Assembly: GCA_951406725.2 (NCBI GenBank)
Contig: OX597838.1
Span: 35,712,001 to 35,776,000 of the forward strand
Reading direction: 5' to 3'
Origin: Octopus vulgaris
Lineage: Eukaryota
DNA: 64,000 bases
The position numbers were made by a program, and so were the translations under genes. Shown here one piece after another: positions 1 through 13,156 of this stretch. Position 1 is the stretch's first letter; every line of letters begins with the position of its first letter. The notes below the pieces were generated by a model, which was not told where the DNA came from, made no database searches, and was given only the letters and a program-made list of their open reading frames with translations.

Positions 1-285
1 CAACACCACCACCACCACCACCATCATGATGTTACCACCTACATCACACCACTGCCACCATGAAATGACCACCTATATCAAGCTGCCACCACTGCAACCA
101 CCATCCACCACCACCACCACCATCACCATGATATTACCACCTACATCACACCACTACTACTACCACCATCACTAACTCCATGGCTCCTCATCCCCATCAT
201 CACAGCCACCACCACCACTACCACCACTACCACTATAGCCAATACCACTACCACTGTAGCTAACATCACTACCACCACCATCACC
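1..285. repeat. (CAC/CAT/TAC)n low-complexity trinucleotide tract
   Basis: Degenerate CAC-rich triplet run; the poly-Val part of ORF 141..401 derives from it. Confidence 0.9.
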
Positions 286-482
286 TGGGACCTTAGCAGA
301 AGAAATTTGCCCAAGGTGTCAATAGGACTGAACCTAGAACCATCTGGTTGGGAAGCAAACTTCTTACCACACAGCCACGCCTGTGCCTCAGAATGCTGCA
401 AAAAGCAGAAGTTTTAATATATATTCCCTCAAATCCAGCAAAGTGCATGAGAAACTGGTGGATCATGCAGTTAACATCCTGC

Positions 483-772
483 TTAACTATTAACATTCAA
501 ACTGGCCATTTCTGGCCCAAATATACTTCTGGTTTTATGTTCTAGCCAGCCAGATCCAGCCCATTACACCTACTCTTCAATGCCATTATAAAATATACAA
601 TGGTGCAGGAGTGGCTGTGTGGTAAGTAGCTTGCTAACCAACCACATGGTTCCAGGTTCAGTCCCACTGCGTGGCATCTTGGGCAAGTGTCTTCTGCTAT
701 AGCCCCGGGCCGACCAATGCCCTGTGAGTGGATTTGGTAGATGGAAACTGAAAGAAGCCTGTCGTATATATG

Positions 773-804
<32 letters not shown>

Positions 805-1224
805 GTATATATATATAATTTTAATCCAAACGGGAAAACAAAAAAACAACAACAGTGGAACAATTACAGTATTATTATTAATAGGCGCTCAGGAAATATG
901 GAAGCAGTGTCTGTGTTTGTCCCCCTAGCATTGCTTGACAACCGATGCTGGTGTGTTTACGTCCCCGTCACTTAGCGGTTCGGCAAAAGAGACCGATAGA
1001 ATAAGTGCTGGGCTTCCAAAGAATAAGTCCCGGGGTCGATTTGCTCGACTAAAGGCGGTGCTCCAGCATGGCCGCAGTTAAATGACTGAAACAAGTAGAA
1101 GAGTAAAAGAGTAAAAGAATGACATCATCGAAATTTTGGAGCTATAAATTAATGATTAATTGAAAAGAAAGTGCGTGTAAAAAGCATTACCTTCGATAGA
1201 ATAATCTGAATTCTAAAAGGTTAA
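483..1224. mobile_element. piggyBac-like MITE (TTAA ends) interrupted by a family A SINE
   Basis: TTAA at 483-486 and 1221-1224. Segments 487-601 and 1118-1220 join to give a diverged reverse complement of the uninterrupted copy at 62737-62965. Confidence 0.7.
602..1117 (+). mobile_element. tRNA-headed SINE, family A
   Basis: A-box-like TGGCTGTGTGG and B-box-like GGTTCAGTCCC, then TTGGGCAAGTGTCTTC, internal (TA)n (here with an extra insert), and 3' tail CAGCATGGCCGCAGTTAAATGACTGAAACAAG plus (GAGTAAAA)n. More than 20 related copies or fragments in the window. Confidence 0.9.
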
Positions 1225-1407
1225 ACAGTTGTAGGTTTACATTGTCACGAGAAGCAGGAGCAGGGAGAGTGAGTTCCAGAGGGATGAGCAAGGACTTGGG
1301 TTGGTGGTTTGCGCAGTGATGGATGCAATATAAGTAATGAAATGAAGAGGTGAGTGTATTTGGCCAGTTATTCAACTCCGAGTAGCAGAGGTTGTTATAA
1401 TAGCAAT

Positions 1408-1802
1408 GAGGAGGCGCAATGGCCCTGTGGTTAGGGCAGCGGACTCGCGGTCATAGGATCGCGGTTTCGATTCCCAGTCCGGGCGTTGTGAGTGTTTATT
1501 GAGCGAAAACACCTAAAGCTCCACAGGGCTCCGGCAGGGGATGGTGGTGATCCCTGCTGTACTCTTTCACCACAACTTTCTCTCACTCTTACTTCCTGTT
1601 TCTGTTGTACCTGTATTTCAAAGGGCCGGCCTTGTCACTCTCTGTGTCACGCTGAATATCCCCGAGAACTACGTTAAGGGTACACGTGTCTGTGGAGTGC
1701 TCAGCCACTTACGCGTTAATTTCACGAGCAGGCTGTTCCGTTGATTCAGATCAACTGGAACCCTCATCGTCGTAACCGACGGAGTGCTTCCATATATCCA
1801 TG
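1408..1802 (+). mobile_element. tRNA-derived SINE, family B, full length with TSD
   Basis: A box TGGCCCTGTGG, B box GTTTCGATTCC; 12-bp TSD TATAATAGCAAT at 1396-1407 and 1803-1814; near-identical copies at 7274 and 42010. Confidence 0.92.
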
Positions 1803-1974
1803 TATAATAGCAATAGAACAGGCGAAGAGAAGACAGCATGTCTGTAGACCAGAAATTAGAGCATGCTTCTGAATAACAATCAGTTGAATGGCCTTTGTTA
1901 ACAAGATTAGAAGTTTTCGCATTATTAATCTCATTGTTGAACAATTTTAAAAAATTATTTACTGGCTTCGCTAG

Positions 1975-2371
1975 GCACAGGCATGGCTGTGTGATTAAAT
2001 AGCTCGCTTTGTAACCACATGGCTTCAGGTTCAGTCCCACTGCGTGGCACCTTGGGCAAGTGTCTTCTACTATAGCCTCGGGCCAACCAAAGCCCTGTGA
2101 GTGGATTTGGTAGACGGAAACTGAAAGAAGCCTGTCGTATATATGTATATATATATATATGTGTTTGTGTGTCTGTGTTTGTCCCCCTAGCATTGCTTGA
2201 CAAACGATGCTGGTGTGTTTATGTCCCCGTTACTTAGCGGTTCGGCAAAAGAGACCGATAAAATAAGTACTGGGCTTACAAAAGAATAAGTCCTGGGGTT
2301 GAGTTGCTCGACTAAAGGCGGTGCTCCAGCATGGCTACAGTCAAATGACTGAAACAAGTAAAAGAGTAAGA
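1975..2371 (+). mobile_element. SINE family A, followed by a tandem partial head copy (2376-2560)
   Basis: Same head, core, (TA)n and tail as other A copies; the diagnostic head variant GTGTGATTAAATAGCTCGCTTTGTAACC is shared with the adjacent partial copy. Confidence 0.88.
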
Positions 2372-2637
2372 GTATAGGCATGGCTGTGTGATTAAATAGC
2401 TCGCTTTGTAACCACATGGCTTCAGGTTCAGTCCCACTGTGCAGCACCCTTGGGCAAGTGTCTTCTACCTACAGCCCCGAACTGATCAATGGGTTGTGAG
2501 TGAATTTAGTAGATGGAAACTGTGTGGAAGCCTGTTGTATATTTTTTTGTGTGTGTGTGTGTGTGTATACATACACGCACGAGCATGCAAACACACACAC
2601 AGAATATATGGTGAAGGCGCATGAATCAGTGGCTAGA

Positions 2638-2862
2638 GCCGAGCTGGCAGAATCGTTAGCACGCCGGGCGAAATGCTTAACGGCATTTCGTCCGTCTTTA
2701 TGTTCTAAGTTCAAATTCCGCCGAGGTCAACTTTGCCTTTCATCCTTTCGGGGTCGATTAAATAAGTACTAGTTACGCACTGGGGTTGATATAATCGACC
2801 TAATCCGTTTGTCTGTCCTTGTTTGTCTTCTCTGTGTTTAGCCCCTTGTGGGTAATAAAGAT
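2638..2862 (+). mobile_element. SINE family C
   Basis: Head GAGCTGGCAGAATCGTTAGC with B-box-like GTTCAAATTCC, central CTTTGCCTTTCATCCTTTCGGGGTCGAT domain, tail TTTAGCCCCTTGTGGGTAATAAAG. Confidence 0.88.
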
Positions 2863-2863
2863 T

Positions 2864-2988
2864 ATTAGAGCGTTGGGTGCACAATCACGAGGTAATGAGT
2901 TTGATTCCTGGACCAGGCTGTATGTTGTGTTCTTGAGCAAGACACTTCATTTCACATTGATCTAGTTCACTCAGCTGTAGAAATGAGT
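2864..2988 (+). mobile_element. Degraded tRNA/CORE-like SINE fragment
   Basis: B-box-like GAGTTTGATTCC followed by GTGTTCTTGAGCAAGACACTTCATTTCAC...CTCAGCTGTAGAAATGAGT, resembling the CORE domain. Confidence 0.5.
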
Positions 2989-4059
2989 GCCACGCAGTGG
3001 GACTGAACCTGGAACCATGTGGTTGGTAAACAAGCTACTTACCACACAGCCACACCTGCGCCTGTTTGACTAAAATCCTTCAAGGCAGTGCTCCAGCATG
3101 GCTGCAGTGAAATGACTGAAGCACTTAAAAGAATAAAAGAATAAATTGAATTCAGCCCCACCTTTTATTTTTAAACTCCTGAACCAGTGACCCATATAGA
3201 CATATGCCATCCAGATATATGACACCTGATGACCCTCATAGGTCAATTCAGGTGAAACATTATACAAAATATAAGTATGTCTAAAAAAAATAATGATTTA
3301 TATCCAAACTTGTTAACAGTCCAAAAACATTATAATCTTATTAAGACCAACTCATCATGCATATTTAGACATTTAATTTGATTTCAATTGAAAAAAGAAA
3401 AATTAAATATGAAATTTTTTTTACTCACTTCCGCATCCCCACACCTTTTCCTTTCTGTTTGAATTTTTTTCTTACTTTTTGTTTAAAAAAAAAAATTGTT
3501 ATATTTTTCCTGTATTAGCAGAAGATAAAATATGCTCAGAGTAATAGTCGTGATTTAAGGATATCATTATCACTCAAGAGAAGCCAATAAATTATTTATC
3601 TCACAGCTAAAGATCATTTTTGCGTATTATGAAAAAAAAAAAGCAAGAAGGAAATGAGTGAATTAAAAAAACAAAATGAGAAAGAAGTTGGTTCTGAGAT
3701 GTCTCCGAAATGAAATGCTAGCTGCTAAGCTGGGTGGTAGTGGAGATGATGGTGGTCGCTGAGGTGGTGGTGATGGTGGTGGTTGTGGTGGCGATGGTGG
3801 CTGAAGGAGGAGGCGGAGGGGGGAAGTGGATGTAGTGTTGCAGCTATATTGCTGGTGGGATATTAGATGATACTTTTCAGTACTGTCTGCATAACAATGC
3901 ACACATGTGTGTGTGTATATGTATATATATATATATATATAGTTATGTGTACATACATGTACACACACACACATACACATTGATTTATTGCCAGCTACGT
4001 ACACAAATTTCTATGTCTACAAATATGCATATGGGCACACACATATACTCATACAGACA

Positions 4060-4202
4060 TGTATGTGTGTGTGTATGTGTGTATGTATATATATATATAT
4101 ATATATATAGATATAGATAGATATATATAGATATAGATATATATATAGATAGATATATATATAGATATATATATAGATATATATATATATAGATATATAT
4201 AT

Positions 4203-4285
<83 letters not shown>

Positions 4286-4460
4286 TATATATATTGAGAT
4301 ATATATATATAGATATATAGAGAGAGATATAAATAGATATATATATAGATATATATATATATATATATATAGATATATATATATAGAGATATATATATAT
4401 AGATATATATATATATAGATAGATAGATAGATATATGTGTGTGTGTGTGTGTGTACGTAC
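4060..4460. repeat. (TA)n/(GATA)n/(TG)n compound microsatellite
   Basis: Direct reading. Confidence 0.95.
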
Positions 4461-4695
4461 ATATGTATGTATATGTGTAAGGATATATACACACACATAC
4501 AGGTGCATGCACAAAAACATACACAAGCAACCACGCACATAATTTGATCTAAAGTCTAGGACTCTGTATATGACAATTGTATGAGACTAATAAAATAAAT
4601 ATCTGTCCATTTTATCAATATCACTGACAGATGTGTTTATTACTTGGGGAAATATACTCCGAGTATTTATATTTTGCATCATCTCAATCCACACA

Positions 4696-4728
<33 letters not shown>

Positions 4729-4796
4729 CTTTTATTATTTACTTGTTTCAGTCACTGACTATTTTGGAGTGCAACCATTAACAAATCACGACCATA

Positions 4797-5064
4797 GGCG
4801 CAGGAGTGGCTGTGTGGTAAGTAGCTCGTTTACCATCCACATGGTTCCGGGTTCAGTCCCACTACGTAGCACCTTGGGCAAGTGACAGGTAAAAGCACCC
4901 ACTACACTCTCGGATTGGTTGGCGTTAGGAAGGGCATCCAGCTGTAGAAACTTTGCCAGATCAAGATTGGAGCCTGGTACAGCCATCTGGTTCGCCAGTC
5001 CTCAGTCAAATCATTCAACCGATGCTAGCATGGAAAGAGTACGTTAAACGATGATGATGATGAT
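4797..5064 (+). mobile_element. Chimeric SINE: family A head joined to family E (RTE-type) 3' body
   Basis: A head ends at CCTTGGGCAAGTG (4884), then AAAAGCACCCACTACACTC...GGTTGGCGTTAGGAAGGGCATCCAGCTGTAGAAAC... and a (GAT)n tail. Confidence 0.8.
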
Positions 5065-5592
5065 GTAGTTAGTTATGACTCACTGATACATACAGTTCTT
5101 CATAGAAAATCCTTGTCATTTCATGTGCAGAGAGTTTAGGGAGACACACACACATTTTGATTTATGAAAAAATAGCATCAAAATGGAACAAATGAATTTT
5201 TTAAAAATATTAACAGGGTGGAGAGATGGATGGTTTTTGGTTTTTAGTCTGAAATATTTATCTTCTTCAATTTTTTCATTCAAATGGTTTATATTTCACT
5301 TCACTTTATTCACCTTCATTCTTGGGTGGGAAGGCAAGAGAGGGCCATAACCAGAACTGCAACAACAACAACAACACCAACTGTGATGACAACCACATTT
5401 AATACTAGAGTAGTAACCTCAAGTGTTTTGTTTTTTTTGCATTGGAGATAATTCAGAATGCACCCAGGATAGTATAAGTATGATAGGATGATTGGAGGTT
5501 TAAAATATCAGAATTTTGCTACTCATCCTGACAATCTCATATTAAGTGCTGGATAGTGATATATAAGTTTGTGGGTGCATATATATATATAT

Positions 5593-5990
5593 AGGTGCAG
5601 GAGTGGCTGTGTGGTAAATAGCTTGTTTACCAACCACATGGTTCCGGGTTCAGTCCCACTGCGTGGCACCTTGAATAAGTGTTTTCTACTATAGCCTCGG
5701 GCCGACCAAAGCCTTGTGAGTGGATTTGGTAGACGGAAACTGAAAAGAAGCCCGTCGTATAAATATATATATATGTGTGTTTGTGTGTCTGTGTTTGTCC
5801 CCCTAGCATTGCTTGACAACCGATGCTGGTGTGTTTATGTCCCCGTTACTTAGCGGTTTGGCAAAAAGAGACCGATAGAATAAGTACTGGGCTTACAAAA
5901 AGAATAAGTCCCCGGGTCGAGTTGCTCGATTAAAGGTGGTGCTCCAGCATGGCCGCAGTCAAATGACTGAAACAAGTAAAGAGTAAAGAG
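5593..5990 (+). mobile_element. SINE family A, full length
   Basis: Complete head, core, (TA)n(TG)n and tail. Confidence 0.92.
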
Positions 5991-6021
5991 TATTGTAGAG
6001 ATTTAAAAAACTTCTAGTCTT

Positions 6022-6440
6022 AGGTGCTGGTGTGGTTGTGTGGTTAGAAGTTTGCTTCCCAGATGCATGGCTCTGAGATCAGTCCCACTGCATTGCACCC
6101 TGCGCAACTGTCTTCTACTATAGCCCCAGGCCAACCAAAGCCTTGTGAGTGGATTTGGTAGGTGGAAACTGAAAGAAGTCTTTTGTATTTATATGTGTGT
6201 GTGTGTGTGTGTGTGTCTTTTTGTGTCTCTATTTGTCATCTGCTGCTACTTGACAACTGGTGTTTGTGTGTTTACATCCCTGTAACCTAGTGGTTTGGCA
6301 AAAGAGATTGATAGAATAAGTACCAGGCTTGGAGGAAAAGAAAAATTACTGGGGTCAATTCATTTAACTAAAATATTCCTTCGTGGCAGTGCCCCAGCAT
6401 GGCTGCAGTCTTGTGACTGAAACAAGTAAAGACAAAAGAG
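6022..6440 (+). mobile_element. SINE family A, older diverged copy
   Basis: Colinear with family A but with many substitutions. Confidence 0.8.
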
Positions 6441-6683
6441 AGACAGGCATCTATAGTGCTATTTTGTTCTTTTTAAAGCTTGTCAGCATTACATTACCTG
6501 AGGCAAATAAATGAAATTAAAGATTTTATGAAGCGAGATATTTAATATCAGTGGAAAATAATCGCAGTTTAGAAGGCATTAATGGAATCTGATTTTCTTT
6601 TACTAATTTACTTCTTTTTCTTCATAGATTATTAATTGTTCAGGATTGAGAGGTTATAAGGTATTTAAAACAAAGTTATGAAT

Positions 6684-7054
6684 GAGTGGCTGTGTGGTAA
6701 GTAGCTTGCTAACCAACCACACGGTTCCGGGTTCAGTCCCACTTGGGCAAGTGTCTTCTGCTATAGCCCTGGGCCAACCAATGCCTTGTGAGTGGATTTG
6801 GTAAACGGAAACTGAAAGAAGCCTGTCGTATATATGTATATATATATATATGCGTGTGTGTCTGTGTCAGTCCCCCTAGCATTGCTTGACAATCGATGCT
6901 GGTGTGTTTACATCCCCGTCACTTAGTGGTTCGGCAGAAGAGACCGATAGAATAAGTACTGGGCTTACAAAGAATAAGTCCCGGGGTCGATTTGATTCGA
7001 CTAAAGGCGGTGCTCCAGCATGGCCGCAGTCAAATGACTGAAACAAGTAAAAGA
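6684..7054 (+). mobile_element. SINE family A with small head deletion
   Basis: Colinear with family A. Confidence 0.9.
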
Positions 7055-7273
7055 ATCATAGTCTCTTGCTAAAATAATTTGTTTCCTTTGTAGTCTCTTG
7101 TAGACTCCGTTTGTAGTCTCTTGTAGACCAAGAAAGACAATTCTGCAATTTCTTACTGAACTGCCTGAAAAAACCCCCCACAAGATTTGCTTACAGTGAT
7201 CAAATGTTTGCGCTGTATGTAAGCTCATTCTCTCCATCAAATAGACATTGCCTCTACAGGTGCACAGCGTGCC

Positions 7274-7649
7274 GGAGGCACAATGGCCCAGTGGTTAGGG
7301 CAGCGGACTCGCGGTTTCGATTCCCAGACTGGGCGTTGTGAATGTTTATTGAGCGAAAACACCTAAAGCTCCACGAGGCTCCGGCAGGTGATGGTGGTGA
7401 TCCCTGCTGTACTCTTTCACCACAACTTTCTCTCACTCTTACTTCCTGTTTTTGTTTGTACCTGTATTTCAAAGGGCCAGCCTTGCCACTCTCTGTGTCA
7501 CGCTGAATATCCCCGAGAACTGCGTTAAGGGTACATGTGTCTGTGGAGTGCTCAGCCACTTACACGTTAATTTCATGCGCAGTCTGTTGCGTTGATCGGA
7601 TCAACCAGAACCCTTGTCGTAGTAACCGACGGAGTGCTTCCACACCACA
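7274..7649 (+). mobile_element. SINE family B with TSD
   Basis: 11-bp TSD CACAGCGTGCC at 7263-7273 and 7650-7660; short deletion in the tRNA-like head. Confidence 0.9.
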
Positions 7650-8211
7650 CACAGCGTGCCACATATCAAAGTGATTACAGAACAACATGAGACGAAGGGT
7701 TTTGCAATCAAAACTACAAGCTTGCAACCATCTCCATGAATGCATTATAAAAGTATCACATAAGGTTTCTGTGCCAAAATAAAAGCTGGGAATAAAAGCT
7801 GTAGCGTGTAGTTTCAGGCAGATTTCACTGCTGTTTCTAACAAATCATGCAGCCACATCCATGGCCCATGTCCCTATACTCATTGTCAACAGTACGCAGG
7901 TTGTTGCTGTTATTCAACCCCTGGTTAACGTAGATTAAACGGACTTTTTATCATCAAAGGCACTCCGTCCATGATCATGTTCCAACATGCAAGGAATCGA
8001 AGACCTCAGAATCTAAAGTGTTCTTTTCTTTTTCTCCGTCAAGATGGTGGCAGTGTATGGTTTTTGTGTGGGGTGAAGTGTAACTGCTACAAGTCCAGCA
8101 ACCCAGTATAGGCTGAGTCTCTCTCATTGGAAGCTAGATAAGCTAAACGGCATTGATAAGCAGCCATAAATGAGAAGGGTTTCGTTTCTCTTCCAACTAC
8201 ATTCTTTAACC

Positions 8212-8480
8212 CCTTCTTCTTCTCCTCCTTCTTCTTCTTCTTCTTCTTCTTCTTCTGCTCCTTAATCTTCTTCTTCTTCTTTTTCTTTCTTTCTTTCTTC
8301 TTCTTCTTCTTCTTCTTTCTTCTTCTTTTTCTTCATCTTCTTCTTTTTCTTCTTCTTTTCCTTCTTTCTTTTTCTTCTTCTTTTTCTTCTCTCTTTTTCT
8401 TCTTTCTTCTTTTTCTTCTTCTTCTTCCACTTCCTCTTCTTCTTCTTCCACTTCTTCTTCCTTCTTCTTCTTCTTCTTCC
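8212..8480. repeat. (CTT)n polypyrimidine tract
   Basis: Direct reading; source of the E/K/R-rich pseudo-ORFs. Confidence 0.95.
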
Positions 8481-9725
8481 CATCACATCCTTTTATTGTT
8501 TCCTTTTCTTTCCCCGTTCAGCCTTCTTTATCGTTTTTTTCCACTTCCCTCTCTTTGCTGTTGTTCTCTCTCTCTCTTCCTTCCTTTCTCTCCTTTTCTT
8601 CCTTTCTCTCCCCCTCCCCCCTCTCTCTCTCTCTCTCTTGTCATTGCTTATTGTATAGGCAAATGTAGAACAAGACCGATGCAAAAGGGAGGGGACGGAG
8701 GCTGGTTGTGCTGACGTGGGGGAGGGGGGGCAATAAAACGAGGAAGCGCAAAGAAGAAATAGTCAAACATTACTTACGCGACTGTTGTTGTCATTGTTGT
8801 TATAGTCATCGTATAATATGTAACCAATATCTATTGGAAAGGTTCTTTTTATTATTTGTCTTTGTTTTAGTTATTTATTTATACATTTATTTATTTATTT
8901 ATTATACTTTTGCCATTTTCTTGCCTCGGCTTTTCGTCGCTCGTTGCTGGTTTTTGTTTTTGGAGTTTTTGCTGTTGTTTGGTCATTTTGTTTTTTGTTT
9001 TTGTTTTTCGGTCCTTTAGCTCTGGCCCTGGAAGTTGGTAAATGTATTTCATATACTACTTATAATGTCCTCGGGTTTGCGCGGGGACTGGGGTGGTGGT
9101 GAGGTTGGGTGGGGTGGAATGTTGTGAGGTTGGAGATAGGGGGCGTGGCGTGGCGTGGAATGATGGGTGATGTAGTGATGGTGGTGGTGGTGGAAGGGAG
9201 GGTGGGGTTGCCGTTGGTTATGGTTTACTTTCTTCCACTTGTTCCTTTGCTCGCTCAGCCCGGTCCTCCTTTCTTCCCCCCCCCCGCTGTCTTTCCCTCT
9301 TACAGGTGACTGGCGGGGCTGGAGCAGAGGAAGGACTTGTGGTAGGAAATATAGATAACTGGTCAAAATATGAGAGATAATTAAAGGGATATGGATTTCA
9401 TGGAGAGGTTATACATGCATATATGTATGTTTATGCGTGTGTGTGTGTATATATATATATATATACACACACACAGGCACAGACACATACATATGTATAT
9501 ACCTATATATATATATGTGTGTGTGTGTGTGTATATTCATAAATATATCTGTGTGTGTGTATGCATATAACTGTGTATATATGTGTGTGTGTATGCATAT
9601 AACTGTGTATATATATATGTGTGAGTGTGTGTGTATATATATTTATACACACACACTTAAGCACAGACACATACATATGTATATACCGATATATATTTGT
9701 ATGTATATATATGTGTATATATATG

Positions 9726-9764
<39 letters not shown>

Positions 9765-9897
9765 ATAGATATGTTTGTATGCATATGACTGTGTGTATAT
9801 ATATATATATGTGTGTGTGTAAATATGCATATATATATATATATATGAATGAATGTGTGAATGTGTATGTATGTATGTATGTATGCATGTGTGTATG

Positions 9898-9930
<33 letters not shown>

Positions 9931-10659
9931 GTATGTATGTATGAATATACGGGTGTGTGTAGGGTTGGCGAAGGAGAAAGAAAGAGGCAAAAACAAGAGT
10001 ACAAGAAGGATATTTCTCTATATCCAACCACCACCAACACCACCACCAAAACCACCACCACCACCGCTTTCATCGTTTGTTCTGGAAAGGAAAACAATCT
10101 TCTTAATCGGGGAGAGAGGGAAAAACAACAACGACGATGACAAGAGAGATTTTTGCCACCGACATAAAGCTATGCAAATGCACATCTGCCTTGGTTTTGC
10201 GTCCATTTAGCCGAGCTAAAAAGCTTTTAGCCTGGTTTATCTATCATTGCAAGGAAATGAAACATCTCTTGGTCTCTCCGTCTTCTCTCCGTCTCTCCCT
10301 CCGTCCCGATTGTTGTCTTACAATGTTTATTATGTTTGCTAGTCAACTGCAGCTCACCAGTCTTGTCTATGGATGTTTTATAGCCATTCTCTTCGTCCGT
10401 CGTCGGTGGTGGTGGTCGTGTTGGTGTTGTTGTTCTTGTTGTTGTTGTCGTCGTCATCATCCTCGTTTTTGCTGTAATTCGTTGTTTTTGTTGTTATTGG
10501 TGTTGTTGTTGTTGTTGTTGTTGTCGTAGGATGTTGTTGTTGATGATGATGATGATGATGATGGCAGCAGTTGCTGTTATTGTGGTGGCTGTTGTTTATT
10601 ATTATTGCCAGCATACTCCCCCTCCTCTTCCTACTCATCATCATCATTTATTATTAAGT

Positions 10660-10907
10660 TGATTATTATTATTATTATCATCATTATTATTATTATTATT
10701 ATTATCATTATTATTATCATTATTATTATTATTATTATTATGATCATCATCATCATTATCATCATCATCATCATCATCATCATCATTATTATTATTATTA
10801 TTATTATCATCATTAGTATTATTATCATTATTATTATTATCATTATTATTATTATCATTATTATTATTACTATTATTATTATCATTATTATTATTTTAGT
10901 ATTATTA

Positions 10908-10951
<44 letters not shown>

Positions 10952-10960
10952 GTTATTGTT
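10660..10960. repeat. (ATT/ATC)n microsatellite
   Basis: Direct reading. Confidence 0.95.
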
Positions 10961-11946
10961 AGCATTACCATGGATATTACTAAATCTTTGTGCTGTTCTT
11001 GTTGTTGTTGTTGCTGTTAGTAGTGGTCGCAGCATCATAATTTAGTATTAAACATAAACTAAAAACAGATAGCAATAAGGGACGTGTGTGTGTGTGTGTG
11101 CATGTGTGTGTGCATGTGTGTGCGGGTGTTTACATGCCTATAAGTGTATTTACACACACACACACAAATATGTGTGTGTGTGTTTCTCTGTGTGTGTGTG
11201 TGTATGCTTTCTTACATATGTATGGTTGTGTATGTTCATCCATGTGTTTTTATACATAGCTGTATGAGTATGTGTTTGTGTGTGTATACTGTGTGCCTAC
11301 ACGTGTGTATGTATATACATCTATGGACGTATATGTATACATATATACACACACATATACATGGCTGTGTGAGTATGTGTTTGTGTGTGTACAGTGTGCA
11401 TACGTGTGTATACGTATATGCATCTATGGACGCATACGTACGTGTGTATGTGCACATAGGTCTGCATGTATGTGTTTGTGTATGTTTACATGTTCACCTG
11501 TATGTACACACATACATACATGTTTTGTGTACATGTGTACATGTGTGTGTACATGTATACATCTATGTGCATATATGTATGTGACTGTAAACATGAATGT
11601 GCCCATAAGCGTGCATGTGTGTGTGTGTGTGTGTGTGTTTTTGTGTGTTTTACGTGCTTGCCATGTGAGAAGGCAAGAATAAGTTTTATGACTGCTTCCA
11701 AGTTGAGGATTGCATTTAAAAGAGGCTGATAATCTTGTTTAGCTGCTGATAAATAGAATAACTTAATCCTAAATCAATTATCAGCTTTCTCATGCAACAC
11801 TGGCTCTTGTTGTTGTTCTTGTTCCTGTTCTGTATGTATGTGTGTTGTATTGTGCTTGTCTCTCTCTCTCTCCTTCCTGCTGTTTCCCTTTGTATATATA
11901 CATACACACACACACACACACATATATATTTGTATGTGTGTGTACA

Positions 11947-12003
<57 letters not shown>

Positions 12004-12157
12004 ATTTATTTATGTATGTGTGTGTAAAGACATATATATAAAGTTATATTTGTATGTGTGTGTATATATATGTATGTATATATGTATATATGTATTTATG
12101 TATGTGTGTGTAAAGACATGCAAATATATATATTTATACATGTGTATGAGTGTATGT

Positions 12158-12188
<31 letters not shown>

Positions 12189-12380
12189 CACACGCACACA
12201 CACACACAAATATACATGAATGTATAAATATATATAGACACACATACATGAATATACATATATATATATATATATATTATACATGTGTATGAGTGTATGT
12301 ACACACACACACACACACACACACATACAAATATACATGAATGTATAAATATATATATATAGACACACAAATATACATGA

Positions 12381-12421
<41 letters not shown>

Positions 12422-13156
12422 TACACACACTATATGCATGTATGTATCTATACTTGCTACCTGTATTTGCAAATTACTGCAAGTTTTCTTTGGGAGGAAA
12501 ATTAGTTAAGAATGATACTTTTGCGAGGTTATTTTGTAAACAGACAAAGCGAGAAAGAGAGAAAGAGAGAGAGAGAATGAAAGAGAGACCCCAATCCAGT
12601 GTGTGTGTGTGTGGTGTGACTTCTCTTTGTGTGTTTAAAAACAAATATGCAGGTGGTGGGGAAATAAATGGAAAATAAGTTTTAAAATCTTCCCCCTCAC
12701 AAGAAACAAATGAAAGAAAAAAATGACAAATATGAAACAACAATAAGAGTATCAACATCAACACTAACAATAACAATAAGAACAACAATTGGAAGACATG
12801 TCAATTATCTTTGCTATTTCAGTTTTAAAGTTAATTAAAAAATACTTTAAAAATAAACGTTTTTTTCTCCTACATTTTGGCAGTTCAGTGTTGAAGCAGA
12901 AGTTCATTATTGTTGGTTTTGTCTCTTAAGGAAAACACTGTGTACACACACACACACACGTAGTAGTGAATACACGTATGCGTGTGCACACACACACACA
13001 CTCACACACAAATGTTGTCATTTTGTCTTTGTTAGGTGTGAAAGCCTACTTGGACATGTGTATTTGTGTATGTGCACATACACACACACACAACATATAT
13101 GTATACATACAAGTATGCATGTTTGTATATTTATGTGTGTGTGTGTATATATATAT

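Noticed and set aside
1408-1490. tRNA gene-like sequence (also at 7274 and 42310-42391)
   Set aside because: SINE head: followed by a shared non-tRNA body, flanked by TSDs, and lacking a proper acceptor stem.
1955-2203. Recurrent ORFs MSSNARGTNTD... and MLGGQTQT...
   Set aside because: Antisense readings of SINE family A; the recurrence reflects repeat copy number, not a gene family.
3223-3262. CTGATGA...GAAAC hammerhead candidate
   Set aside because: No stem I or stem III, and the boxes are sequestered in a simple hairpin CACCTGA-TGACC..GGTCA-AT-TCAGGTG.
5955-5985. SINE A tail AGTCA-AA-TGACT-GAAAC-AA-GTA resembling a hammerhead 3' half
   Set aside because: No CUGANGA box upstream in the copies inspected and no stem I; better explained as a LINE-recognition stem-loop.
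8206-8486. E/K/R-rich and poly-I/poly-L ORFs (also 10605-11045 and 16056-16707)
   Set aside because: Triplet microsatellites open in several frames and on both strands, with no domain signal.
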